A DNA stretch of 61,342 nt, the filler included, from Stramenopiles sp. TOSAG23-6 (Eukaryota), in the NCBI GenBank assembly GCA_900128565.1. It is 12 parts of 12 records of this genome, joined end to end, with 100 filler letters (N's around TTAATTAATTAA, not from the genome) between each part and the next. Parts side by side here need not be neighbours in the genome. Positions count along the whole stretch, not along the records: positions 46,166 to 51,159 come from LT636992.1; positions 51,260 to 56,251 come from LT636993.1; positions 56,352 to 61,342 come from LT636994.1; 9 more parts are not named here. One strand, written 5' to 3'. Every line of letters begins with the position of its first letter. Within the stretch, counting starts at the first letter, position 1. Shown piece by piece: positions 46,798 through 58,648 of the stretch. Below the pieces are notes generated by a model. The model was not told the DNA's origin and made no database searches. It saw only the letters and a list, made by a program, of their open reading frames with translations. The position numbers and the translations under genes were made by a program.

Positions 46798-47962
46798 ATG
46801 CCAAGATGTCCCACAAGCGCATATGATAATACGTTTTGCATTTTTAAGCTTTGGCCAAACTTCTTGAAGTCCACCGAGCTTAATATCAGCAGATTCGACT
46901 CTTTTTGGACTTTCATTGACACGAATATCAGTATTTCTACTTATACCATCAAACAAAATTCTGCCCCTCATACATGTATTGTGAAAAAACACGAAATCAC
47001 AAAATAAAATCGTTAGGTATGAAATTTCGTATGAAAAAAAATGTAGGTAAAACATTGAAAAAAAATAAAAACATACATGCATTGAGTGTTCTAGGTTGAT
47101 CATTAATTTCCTTCAACATAAAATATTTATAGCCACCTTTTTCAATTTCACAGCGCTTCATTTGTATTCTTTGAACTTCACGGGATAGCTTTTGATCTAT
47201 AATGGAGTGTATAGAAATAATTTTGTGTGAGACTTTTTTTTCTTTGTTTGTAGGGTTAGGGTTACGGATAATGGTAATGAGATCTGCATCTTTCAAATAT
47301 ATCACATTATCAGTATACTCAACGACTGCAGATGCATCGCTAGCAAGAAAATATTCATCATATTCTTTACCAACACCAACAATAAGAGGTGAACCCATTC
47401 GAGCCCCAATGAGAACATTTGGGTTGGCTGAACTTACTACAGCGATACCAAAAGTACCTTCAATTTGCGTCAGTGCGAGTCGAACAGCTTCAGTGAGTGT
47501 TTCCGTACTACTTCTTCTGTCGTCTGAATTTTTTTTAATTCCTTTTAAAATATCGTCTATAAGATGCACTACGACCTCAGTGTCAGTTTTAGAAACGAAT
47601 TGATATCCTTTTTCTTGAAGCATCCCACGGAGAACTTCGTGGTTTTCAATGATTCCATTATGGACAACACAAATATCACCTAAAGTAGAGGTATGCGGAT
47701 GAGAATTAACATCACTAGGTTCACCATGTGTTGCCCAACGAGTATGACCCACACCAACACAGCATTTAGTATTTTTCTGATTCTTTAACGCACCCTCCAA
47801 GTTTGAAACTTTACCCATTCGCTTTGTAACACACAGTGTGCCATTTTCATCAACAATACCAACTCCTGCGCTATCATAACCACGGTATTCAAGGCGCTTC
47901 AAACCGAGAACTAAAACGTCACGTGTCACGCGACTACCAATATAGGCTATGATTCCACACAT
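46798..47962 (-). CDS. glmS: Glutamine-fructose-6-phosphate aminotransferase, N-terminal part
   Basis: MCGI, LEYRGYDSAG, GHTRWATHG, VHNGIIEN, FMLKEINDQP..NA|CMRGR, ACGTSWH; intron 46974-47076 is GT-AT. Confidence 0.95.
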
Positions 47963-48241
47963 TGTTGTTCTCTGAAGAGTATTTTAATGATAGGTACAAC
48001 AAGTCACTGGTAATTATACAAAGGCCAGCTTGTTTTTCTGCTGTTTTTCTTGGAGTCAGTCAATGATTTGATGGATTTGATTAGAATCTGATTTGATTCA
48101 AAATCACCCACGCACGAAATCGGGTACCATCACATTTTCACATCTAGAAATGCATAAATTATCTGAACAATTTTAAGTATCTTTATAAGCTCTTTATTAT
48201 AAAAAATAATTTTGAACTTCTTTATTTATGGTACTTGTATA

Positions 48242-51101
48242 CTACACTGTCAAATTATTAAGAAAAGGATTTTCTTCTTTCACTTGTTTCAAAACATTTA
48301 GCCCAATATCAGTGAAAACATTACCATGGAGAAAAAGATGCCTTATTGTTTTATTGACTCCCAGGATTTTTTTCACATTTTTATTAAACTTTGATTCCTT
48401 TATTGATTTGTCGAATTTTTCCTTTGGACGTCTTATTTGAGATCGATGTACTGAATTAGAAATATTACCATCATTATATTGAATACAAAAATTATCAGTT
48501 GGTTCACCTTTCCGATTGAAACGAATTTTAGTAATGTATTTTGGAAAAATATTTAAAAAAAAATCGTTAGGTACAAAATTTCCTATAAAAAAATAAATTC
48601 GAAATTGAAAAAAAAAATAAAACATACATAACTCCGCCATAATAGATTCTTGGATTTCCTCGGTATTGTGCTTCACATTTCATACCTACAGTCCATGGAA
48701 TTTTAAGTGGTGTAGAGGGGGCTTTTAGTCCAAAATCATGACCCAAACCTAAAATTTTTGCAAATCTCTTGGCCGTATCATCTCGAAGGCCATTTTTAGA
48801 TAAGTCCAATTCAACTAACGTTGTATTTACAGATAAAGCAGCAGCAAGAGACGATGCACCGTCATCTCCAATTATATTCTGTGCAATATGTAAGGTTTCT
48901 ATTTTTGTTTTTTTGTTCTCCAAGGCTCTAGCGATGCAATATGCTGTATGGGTACCCATAGAATTATTACTAAAGTCAATATTTCGCAATGTAGTATTTG
49001 TCTGCAAAGCTTCACCAAGTTTCTCTCCTCCCTCTACTCCAATGGAGTTGTACCCCATGTCAAGCGTGAATAAACCTGTATTGTCTACTACTGCTTCCGC
49101 AAGAGATGTTGCCCCATTATCGCGAATACCATTACTACTTAAACGGATAATTTCTAGTGTGCTGTTAGACCGAAGAGCACGAGCAATATGTGCAGCACCG
49201 ACACATCGTATACCATTACTAGAAAGATCTAAAGAAGTGAGAGTTGTATTTTCTAATAGCATATTGGCTACGGCTGAACTACCTTTGTCGTAATACAAAC
49301 CCGCCATGCAACCCATGAGACACAATGATTTTAAAGTTTGATTCCCTTGTAATGCATTTGCTAAATGTACCAAGCCCTCCGCTTCTATTTTGTTATATGT
49401 GAGATCTAGTTCAGTAAGCACAGTATTTTCACGGAGCATTGCTGACATGTGCAATGCCCCCTTCTCCCCGATTGCACCACCAGGTATCGAAAATATTTTA
49501 ATATTTGGATGTTTGCGTAATGCCATTGCTAATGCTACTGCCCCTGTTGGACCAATTCGAGAATGAGTCATACTTATTTTACACAAAGCGTCGGCATTCC
49601 CTGTATGGGTTGTCAAAGTTTCGGCAAGTAATTCTGCACCATCTGGACCCACAGGCGCAAGTTTTAGATCAACTTCATTTGTATTTCCATCTCGAATATT
49701 TCGAATCCATCTGGGGCATAATTGACTCCGAATTTTCTTTTTAGACTCCTGGTCGCGGTTCACTTCTGGTAACCAAGAAGCTGCATGTATTGTGAAAAAA
49801 TATATTTTTATTTTTTTTTGTTAGGTACGAAGTTTCGTACTAAAAACAAAATTTGAAATTGAAAAAAAATAAAACATGCTACACGTTTTGTATCGAATGT
49901 CTGATTAGCAGATCTTTCAGAACCCCGAGCCGGATTCTTTCTCAGTTGCCCTCGTCTTGTAGCGGCTCGAAATCGCTTATGATCAGGAAGTGGTACTGGT
50001 AGAATTTCTCCACCAGATGCAAAGTCTCCAGCAACGGCAGCTTTACCGTATACCCTTTGTTTTTCAGCAAGATCATGAGCTTCATTTGCGGCATTATTTA
50101 ATAACAATGTATCTTGTCGTTCTCTTTCTCGAGCTTCAATTTCTTTTTTAATTCTTGTCAAATGTGAACGACCAAGCTCACCGAATCTTTTCCATGTATT
50201 TTGGAAAAATATTTCAAAAAAAAATCGTTAGGTACAAAATTTCCTATAAAAAAATAAATTCGAAATTGAAAAAAAAAAAAAAACATACATGATGGAACGC
50301 CTGGTAAACGTGCCATTCGAAGATTTACATTATTGGTTTTATTCACAGATGTTTTAGACTCATTCGTTGAATTTTTAGACTCATTCGTTGAATTTTTAGA
50401 CTCATTTGTTGATACTTTAGGCTCATTTGTTGAATTTGACAAACTTTCACTTTCATGTATTCTTGACGCTTTTTTTTTCATTGATATTTTCAGTTTTTTC
50501 TTTTCAATCCTGGCTTTTCTTTTCTTGTCAAGCTTATATACTTTTGTTTTTTTACGTTTTGGGACTACAGTGACAACTACGCGAACACCTTCTTCAATTA
50601 ATGCATCTATTATACGACGTTTATATTTCATAACGGTTGTCTCTCCAAATTCTTTTATGAGTTGTAATGTATTTTGGAAAAATATTCCAAAAAAAAAACT
50701 CAAAATTTGTTAGGTACAAAAATTCGTACGAAAAAAAAACTTCGAATTTGAAAAAAAATTAAAACATACATTTGATAAGCCGATAGCTCTTATTGGATAT
50801 ATCAGCCATTGTTGATAAAACTCTTGCGTGTCGAACAACATCTGGCTCCTGCATTGTGTCTCGTTTATTCGTTTTTTTTTCAGTTGCTAATTGAGACAAT
50901 GATTTATTTTGATTATCCATTCTGTCAATTTGATGCCGAAAGAAATCCTTATGAGTTTGTGCCCGTTGACATTGGCTACTTGGGCGAGACAAAAACTCTT
51001 CGCTATATACACTACTTGGACGATCTGTTGATTGTTCATTAAGAGTTTGTTCAACAGAGAATTGGTTTTGAGAATTTTCTTGGATTGTTTTTATGGCCAG
51101 A
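48242..51101 (-). CDS. RNI-type (NLRC3-like) LRR protein with an embedded Tudor-like domain, multi-exon, 5'-partial
   Basis: 28-aa LRRs (NTTLTSLDLSSNGI..GA..IA.AL); CEAQYRG..YYGGV|ITKIR...FCIQYNDG; introns 48534-48627, 49785-49879 (GC-AT), 50194-50288, 50667-50769. Confidence 0.8.
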
Positions 51102-51259
51102 AGGTATTTTGGAAAAATATTTCAAAAAAAATTCTAAAAAATTTGTTAGGTACAAAATTNNNNNNNNNNNNNNNNNNNNNNNNNNNNNNNNNNNNNNNNN
51201 NNNTTAATTAATTAANNNNNNNNNNNNNNNNNNNNNNNNNNNNNNNNNNNNNNNNNNNN

Positions 51260-51338
51260 CCGCTGGAGGGACTTGAACCCCCACTCTTTATAGAACCGGC
51301 TTCTAAGACCGGCGTGCCTACCATTCCACCACAACGGC
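51260..51338 (-). tRNA. trnL: tRNA-Leu(TAG), 3' end clipped by contig end
   Basis: gccgttgtggtggaatggtaggcac...ccggtct TAG aagccgg, long variable arm, ggttcaagtcc T-loop; bacterial/organellar style. Confidence 0.85.
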
Positions 51339-51644
51339 TAAGGAAAACGGCAGTAAGCTAGTAACCAAAGCACCAGCGCTGAACGAGCTGTTGGTAGTTG
51401 GGTAAACCCCAACTTCACCCAACTGGCCGGCTCCGGCCGGGCCCGACCCCGTACCCAAGACAACCCCGGCCGGAGCCAATACCCCACACCACGCGTGCCC
51501 GCCTAAGCCCACACCTGAGAACCCCCAAGGCCTTATACCCATAACTACCTAACTGACAAAGCACCGGAAGGAGGCCCCACATTTGGGGCCAGATACGAGG
51601 CCGACCTTGGGATAACCCTTACCACTGCCTAGGCCCCCACCAAC

Positions 51645-51717
51645 TGCCTGCATTGGGTCTCGAACCCAAAACCCTCGGATTAAAAGTCCGATGCTCTGCC
51701 AATTGAGCTATGCAGGC
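51645..51717 (-). tRNA. trnK: tRNA-Lys(TTT)
   Basis: 73-nt cloverleaf gcctgca-tagctcaattggcagagc-tcgga ctTTTaa tccga-ttgggttcgagacccaa-tgcaggc a. Confidence 0.93.
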
Positions 51718-51944
51718 CAAACCGGCAGGGCCTGATACGGCCATGACACCCGGGCAAACGAAGGACGAAGAAGAACGAGGTGCCGGCGATAGAAGTTGCG
51801 AGGGCCGCAAGATTGGCAGAACAAAAGGTTACAAGCTAACCCGGCCCCTAACCCCGTTAAGCCGAGCGCGCCAGTGTTAGCCCAGCACTACACGGGGGTA
51901 GACTACGGGCGCACGAGCTAGAAGAAACTAGCCTACCCCGGAGT

Positions 51945-52278
51945 CAACAAAAAAGATGAATTTGCTCCACAACAGCAATGTGCCAACCGGAGGTGGCGTA
52001 CCCCAGACCTACGTGCTGCGTGTGCTAAACCAATCTTTAGGGGGTAAAACACCCCCCATACGGGCAGCTTACCCGAGAAGCCCTAAAGCCCAACCAAGCC
52101 CTAACCCAGAGCCCACAAAAAGATAGGCCCGCCCCACAACAGCAACGGGCCAACCGGAGCTGGCGTACCCCAGACCCACGTGCTGCGTGTGCTAAACCAA
52201 TCTTTAGGGGGCAAAACACCCCCCATACGGGCAGCTTACCCGAGAAGCCCTAAAGCCCACCCAAGCCCTACCCCGGGC
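51945..52278. repeat. Tandem duplication, 167-bp period
   Basis: gccaaccggag...gtgctaaaccaatctttaggggg...ccctaaagccc starts at 51982 and 52149. Confidence 0.9.
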
Positions 52279-52319
52279 CTACAGCTAGGAACCCAGGCCC
52301 GAAGACACGGGATGACAGA

Positions 52320-52367
52320 GCCCATCCAATTAACGGCCGGACACCCTACCACTGAGCTATGACGCGC
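52320..52367 (-). pseudogene. tRNA-Asn(GTT)-like 5' portion lacking a T arm
   Basis: catagctcagtggtagggtg tccgg ccGTTaa ttgga, with no TTC loop downstream. Confidence 0.5.
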
Positions 52368-55300
52368 AAGACCCCCCACTAGAGCTGGGGCGACCCACGA
52401 GTCCAGTGCGTCGGCAGGGGCTGTTGGGGCCCTCAAGTGAGCCCAGGTAAACTTAAGGAAATAAAAGGGAAATCACCCCTACAAAGGAAGCTTAAGGGCG
52501 GGGGTGCCCCAAGACCCGCTGTGCTGTAGCCCAAACACACTTACCCGTTCCCGACGCACGCAGGCTTTATGACGGAGGGGCAACATGCCCTGACCCGCCC
52601 CCATTCAAGCACAACCCCAAGTTCCCCGAACCATAGGGTTTATAGGAAGTAAGGTAGGTTAAAGCTTGCTAAAAATGACAACACCCAACCCCTGACCAGA
52701 GCCAGCCCAACTACCCAAACCAAAGCATAGGCCAAAACACAGTGCTTTAGGGCCTGCCTTTGCCAAGGCGGACCTCACCAACAAAAGCACTCCCAGCACT
52801 TGGATACGACCGCCGCCACCCCAGTCCCAACGCCGCAAAAGCCCCGTGACAAACGGAGGCACCAACAAAAACGGCCGGCTCGAAACCAGGCCTACCCTAG
52901 TTCACCGGGGTTAGGCCGATCGCAGTCGGAGGGAGTAAGAAAGAAAGGTTAGCCGGACTGCCAACTCCCAACCCGGACAAGTAACAGACGTCTCGGCTGG
53001 TTTTATGCCCCTCTCAAGGTACCTAAGGGCCAAAAACCGGAGTAACGGCTAACAACGGCCAAACACCCTATCACCAGGCGTGCAAGACTGACCTTCGCTG
53101 CGGTCGCGCGAGGTAAGACCGTGGCTAAACAAGGTTTCAAAAGCCTAACAACCTTCTCGGACGTAGTGCCCCAAGAACATTAAACTCTGGCACCAAAAAA
53201 GCTTAGCTAAAAATGGGCTGACACTGCAGACCCGGCACGGAGTGAGCTCGATAACAAGAGCCTACCCGCCCCTATCATAAGGCAGGAGTTTCGCTCTCTG
53301 ACCCAAAAAACCGCACCACACCAGCTTATGGGCCTTACTGACACCCACAGACCCCTAGACAACGGGCCAGCCTCGTCAGTCGCGTAGCTGCCAAGATCAA
53401 GGAACTTGTAGATGCACCCTAACGGGACTCAACCGCCCGGAACAGCCCAGATAACGTGCGAAAGTCTTTGCTCACACGATGTTTACCCCCTTTTGGGTAT
53501 ATGCTTACTTATTAGCCACGGGCTTCTTCGTGATTAATTGAGGACCCAAAATTGGTCGACCACCTCAGACTAAACATGACGGCAAGAGAGGGCCTACTAT
53601 ATTAGCTATTCTAACCAGAAGCGGAGTTGAAGAACCCTAGAACTCACCCCCAGCCTATCACTACTGACACAAGGCCGACGCAAAAGGATAAGACCGTAGA
53701 CGGTTACCCAAAACCGCACCTCAGAATAGGGCCCAATACGTATAGGTAACCAGAAGAACCTTTAGTGCGTTGCCCCAACACCCTTTCCCACTAAAGTAGA
53801 AACTGTATGCTCTTTAGAGGGTCCAAAAAATACGCGTACGCCCAGTACCACCTATAACCCATAAGCCTAGCTACCGCACCAAAAAAACTGTACCCCACAA
53901 ACAATCAAGTAAGGCAAATAAGGAAACCCACACACCCCCAAACCGAGCCGCAGATGTCACAGCTCAAAACCCTTTCAGACTGTACCGGGGCTTACTTGAT
54001 TTAATAAAGATGCCACCCTAACCTCCCGGACTCGCGTGACCTTAACTAACCTAAAAAAAGCTTCAGGCCCAAGCCCATCCCTCAAAACTGTGGAAGTGCC
54101 AGGACCGCTTACGAAGTAAAGGCGGCGATAAAATCGGCTAAGATCGTAAGGTTGCGGCAAAACCGCACGACCTCCCGTAGATTAGCCGGGTTGGTTGCTA
54201 AAACAACAGATCCTACAAGCTTACACCACCTAAACCACCCCGCTCCAAGACGGCTCCGCCCCTCACACCCTAACACGGGGCTGACCTCTGCCAAAAGCCC
54301 CCCTGCATACAGGAGACGATAGCCAACCCGTCTTTTTATGCTACACCTTAAACGGAGTAACCACTCACACCAGTTACGTGTTTTTTAAAACTCCTAGGCT
54401 AAGACGTCTTATCTCCCAAAACCATACACTGCTACAATGCCCTTGGGCTCTGAAGCGTGCCTAAACCTACGTAACACTTAGGAACAGAATCTCATAAACG
54501 ACCACTCTTAGGCCAGAATGTGAGAACACCTCACGCCGCTAACGCATAACGACCAAACCCGAAGAAGTAGGCCCCCTACATCTAACCTAAAACCCCCTAA
54601 GACCTCAAACAGGGCCTTGGTACAGGTTAACGAAAGACCTACACCGTAGGCTAGCTAAGCCTAAGCCCTAAACGTGTACCTAAGAACCAAGAACCCCCCC
54701 CNAACCCACGAGTGACAAGCAACACACAGTAACTATTGCTAGACTAACTCTCGCATGTGAAACAACCAGAGCACCCTAGGAACTCATAAGCACGCACGGC
54801 AACACACGGAGCGGGTGGCCGACGCCTTACCCCCAACCTGACGGCCACTAACAAACCACCTGGCCCCAAACAATGGCCCACCCGAGCCTAAAAAAGAGGA
54901 ACAAGCAGCTCCTATAGTTTTAGGAACCCCTCTAAAGTCAGGTTGTAAGAACCTCTGTACCATTAAAAACCGTAGCCCAGAAGAGTACGCACCAAAAGTA
55001 AAGATAAAACGAACTAACCTGGGTAAGGAAAAGTACGCTTCCTACCTTTAATTTTTAAGACTGAGGTGCTGTTGGCGCACCACTCCCATAAAGTTAGATA
55101 AACGACAATACTATAAAAAATCTGAGAGAGGAAAAAACGTAAACCCCTTTGTACCTAACACGAACTCCTAAACCGTTACAGTATAAAACGACCCCAACCA
55201 ACACACCCAATACAGAGGTTGTTTAAAGGATTGATGGTGTATTTATACCTTTATAGACCACAGGTTAACTACCCAATTTCAAAGAACTCAAGGTAAGCAC

Positions 55301-56404
55301 AAGCTGCGACAAGAACATATGCGCACCCCCATACCGTTAGGGGAGCTTAAACCCCGATCCTTTTGATTAACGACTAATAATTAGGTGCGCTACCACCAGG
55401 CCCTACCACCGAACCCTATCGTCGAGCTCTACCACAAGAACCCTTACCTGGCAGAATAAAAACACAGGCTATCACTAAAGCCCAGCCGAGTTAATCAAAC
55501 TTTTTAGACATCCGAGTAAAGATTGGCCGCCTGACAAAGTTTTCAAAAATTTAACCACTTTTGAGTACCGTGAAGTCTGGGTAAACTCCGCTAAACACCT
55601 TTGTTAGAAGAGATAAGTCTCAACCATACCCACCTAAGGTCCCTACCGAACCCCATAAACCCTACTGCATTAACCCCAGTAATCCCTTTGTGTTGCTTAT
55701 CCAAGGGTTAGCCAAACTAACTATACTAGATAATCACTTGTGTTTCAAACGAGGGTACAACCCCCGTAAGGAATATTTATACAAAAACCGTTAAAGCACT
55801 TACGCCCACCCAAGAAGAGTCGCAGTACTGTGACCCACCCCAGACAAGCACCAACTCTTAGCCAGTAGGTCAGCCCCACCAACTATGTAACCACCAGACG
55901 CAAACGATTTGGTACTAGATGTGGGCAGGAGACCAACCACCAAAACTAGCTCGCCTAACGCACGCGCCAATCTTTGTCCTCGTGATGGCTTCTTCCCTGC
56001 CCGTGCCCCTATTTTGACGAGCCAACGTGTTTACGCGTGCCCGCCTACCCGGGCGGCTAGGCTCCTGCTAAGATGTAATAGTAACCCCCAGAGCGTCGGT
56101 AGACATGAAACTAGGTCGTAAGCTGACTAGCTACCCCAATAACTACCACGTACCCTTCGCTAAATTAACATAACACTGCTTGAGCGGGTCCCTTTATATC
56201 CGTAATCAAACCAAACGTTATCGTATATAAGCCACGCTTACACAAGACTTTNNNNNNNNNNNNNNNNNNNNNNNNNNNNNNNNNNNNNNNNNNNNTTAAT
56301 TAATTAANNNNNNNNNNNNNNNNNNNNNNNNNNNNNNNNNNNNNNNNNNNNGTACAAAATTTCGTACGAAAAAAAAATCGAATTTGAAAAAAAATAAAAC
56401 ATAC

Positions 56405-57300
56405 ATTCATATTATCAGTCCATTTTTGTGAATATGTTAGACTCTTTTTTGTATCTTGCGTTTCGATGGTAAACTCTTTGGAAAATATATTTGTCAATTT
56501 GGCACCATCTGTATTGTGGAAAAAAAAATTTTTAGTAAAAAAATGCATTAGGTACGAAATTTCGTACTAAAAAAATAAATTTGAAATGATGAAAACGTAC
56601 ACCCATGACGTCCTCCAGTGTATTTTGAAGCTTCATCGGTGAAATTTGATCCAGTGAGTAAATAACCAAAAACTAATTGAGGAATATAAATCTTTTCTGT
56701 TTTATGCTTACGAACAGGGACACCTTTCCCATTATTCCAGACAGAGATTTTAGGTCGTTCTGTCTCCATGTATTGTGAAAAAATATTTTTTTTTTTTTCG
56801 TAAAAAAAAATCGTTAGGTATAAAATTTAGTACGAAAAAACAAAATTCGAAATTCAAAAAAATAAAACATATATGTCTTCCAAGTTTACTTCAATTCTAT
56901 TTGTGTTTTTATCACGCTGTACATTATCCACAGCATTGACAAGGATCTCATCAAATATTTTATATAGACCTGGATTAAAATCCACAGTCTCTTGTGAAAA
57001 ATGAACTTTTCCAGATTTGGGTTCGTTTAATACCCATAACTTTTCATTTGCAAGAGTATTTACTGAACCAATATACATGCCTGGCCGAAGTAAAACATGT
57101 TCCACAGGAGTTTTACGTTGATATAACTCTGCAGATAATTCTCGAACAAGTTTAATATTATTTACTTTAGTTCTTCTTGGTGTTGACGAAGAAGCTTCTG
57201 ATCTCAAAGTGGGGGTTGTGGTGTAAAATCTACCACCAACACGTGAAATGAAAATACCACAGTCATAGAATGCGCGGATATACCGCTGAGATTGTTGCAT
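56405..57300 (-). CDS. TOP2: DNA topoisomerase II, N-terminal ATPase exons, possible mitochondrial presequence, 3'-partial
   Basis: YQRKTPVEHVLLRPGMYIGS, GLYKIFDEILVNAVDN, ISVWNNGKGVP, LLTGSNF, GGRHG|YGAKLTNIFS, WTDNM; introns 56768-56872 (AT-AT) and 56509-56600 (GT-AG). Confidence 0.95.
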
Positions 57301-57610
57301 CAACAGAAAGTACAAATTAACGATAGCTAAATACTAACCCCTTTTCAAACATTCATTCTTCAAATATACAGGATATACTAACCAATACGACGGGTGGTGA
57401 ATATATAATATAATGAGCCTGCCCTTAGTCAAGTTCTAAAGAATTATTAATTAATTACTACTACCTTCATTCATCGATCATCAATGTCCATCGCGATTCG
57501 CGAATGATGGCCAATTTTCTGATCGCGGTCAAAATTAAATATTTTCAAATGACTGGCCGATTTGCTATTCTTGAACGCGAACACGTCTTTTTCTACAAAG
57601 AAAGTGTAAA

Positions 57611-58648
57611 ATGAATGCACGCAAACGCACAAAACATGAAGAAGAGGTCATGCAAAAAGTTCTTAGCGGATTAGGTCCTGCTATTGTGATCACAAGTTTC
57701 TTATGTCTGGAAGATCGACTCTCAGGGAGAGCTGTGTCAAATGATAAGCATAGACCTTGGATGGTTGGTGTTGATTGGGGTGGTGTGTCGTGTACTGAAA
57801 CAGTGAAGCACAATGGCTTTGAATTTTTCAAGTACTTAAGAAGCCAAAAACCACCTTGTCCTTGGGATGAAGAAACATGTCATTGGGTAGCTGGAAATGG
57901 TTGTTTAGAGGTATTAAAATGGGTAAGAAGTCAAAATCCACCTTGTCCATGGGATAGCTGGACGTGTGCTTATGCAGCTGAAAATGGTCACTTAGAAGTA
58001 ATGAAATGGATAAGAAGTCAACATCCACCTTGTCCATGGGATGAAAATACGTGTAATTATGCAGCTGCAAATGGCCATTTAGAAGTACTAAAATGGGTAA
58101 GAAGTCAAAAACCACCTTGTCCTTGGGATGAAGAGACGTGTTCTTATGCAGACGTAAATGGTCATTTCGAAGTGTTGAAATGGGTAAGAAGTCAAAATCC
58201 ACCTTTTCCGTGGAATGAAAAAACGTGTCATTATGCAGCTGCAAGTGGTCACTTGGAAGTATTAAAATGGTTAAGAAATCAAAATCCACCTTGTCCATGT
58301 GATGAAATTACGTGTTCATATGCAGCTAAGAATGGTCACTTGGAAGTATTAAAATGGTTAACAAGTCAAAATCCACCTTGTCCATGGGATGAACGTACTT
58401 GTCGATATGCAGCTGAAAAAGGTCACTTGGAAGTATTGAAATGGTTAAGAAGTCAAAATCCACCTTGTCCTTGGGATGAAAATACATGTCTTTTCGCAGC
58501 TAAAGATGGTCACTTAGAAGTATTGAAATGGGTAAGAGGTCAAAATCCACCTTGTCCATGGGATGAAAGGACGTGTCGATATGCAGATGAAAATGGTCAC
58601 TTAGAAGTATTACAATGGTTGAGAAAGATGGGAGCTCCAGGGTCTTGA
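57611..58648 (+). CDS. Ankyrin-like repeat protein (PPCPWDE.TC..AA..GHLEVLKW.R type), intronless
   Basis: About ten 27-aa (81-bp) tandem units. Confidence 0.9.
   Translation: MNARKRTKHEEEVMQKVLSGLGPAIVITSFLCLEDRLSGRAVSNDKHRPWMVGVDWGGVSCTETVKHNGFEFFKYLRSQKPPCPWDEETCHWVAGNGCLEVLKWVRSQNPPCPWDSWTCAYAAENGHLEVMKWIRSQHPPCPWDENTCNYAAANGHLEVLKWVRSQKPPCPWDEETCSYADVNGHFEVLKWVRSQNPPFPWNEKTCHYAAASGHLEVLKWLRNQNPPCPCDEITCSYAAKNGHLEVLKWLTSQNPPCPWDERTCRYAAEKGHLEVLKWLRSQNPPCPWDENTCLFAAKDGHLEVLKWVRGQNPPCPWDERTCRYADENGHLEVLQWLRKMGAPGS

Noticed and set aside
55690-56121. Possible mitochondrial ribosomal protein (rpl14-like IQ...L...DN) on the + strand
   Set aside because: The resemblance does not extend beyond a few residues and the frame has stops.
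5053-56351. Recurring ttaattaattaa motif every ~5 kb, and any gene neighbourhood across it
   Set aside because: Artificial all-frame-stop linker between length-sorted contigs; adjacency has no biological meaning.
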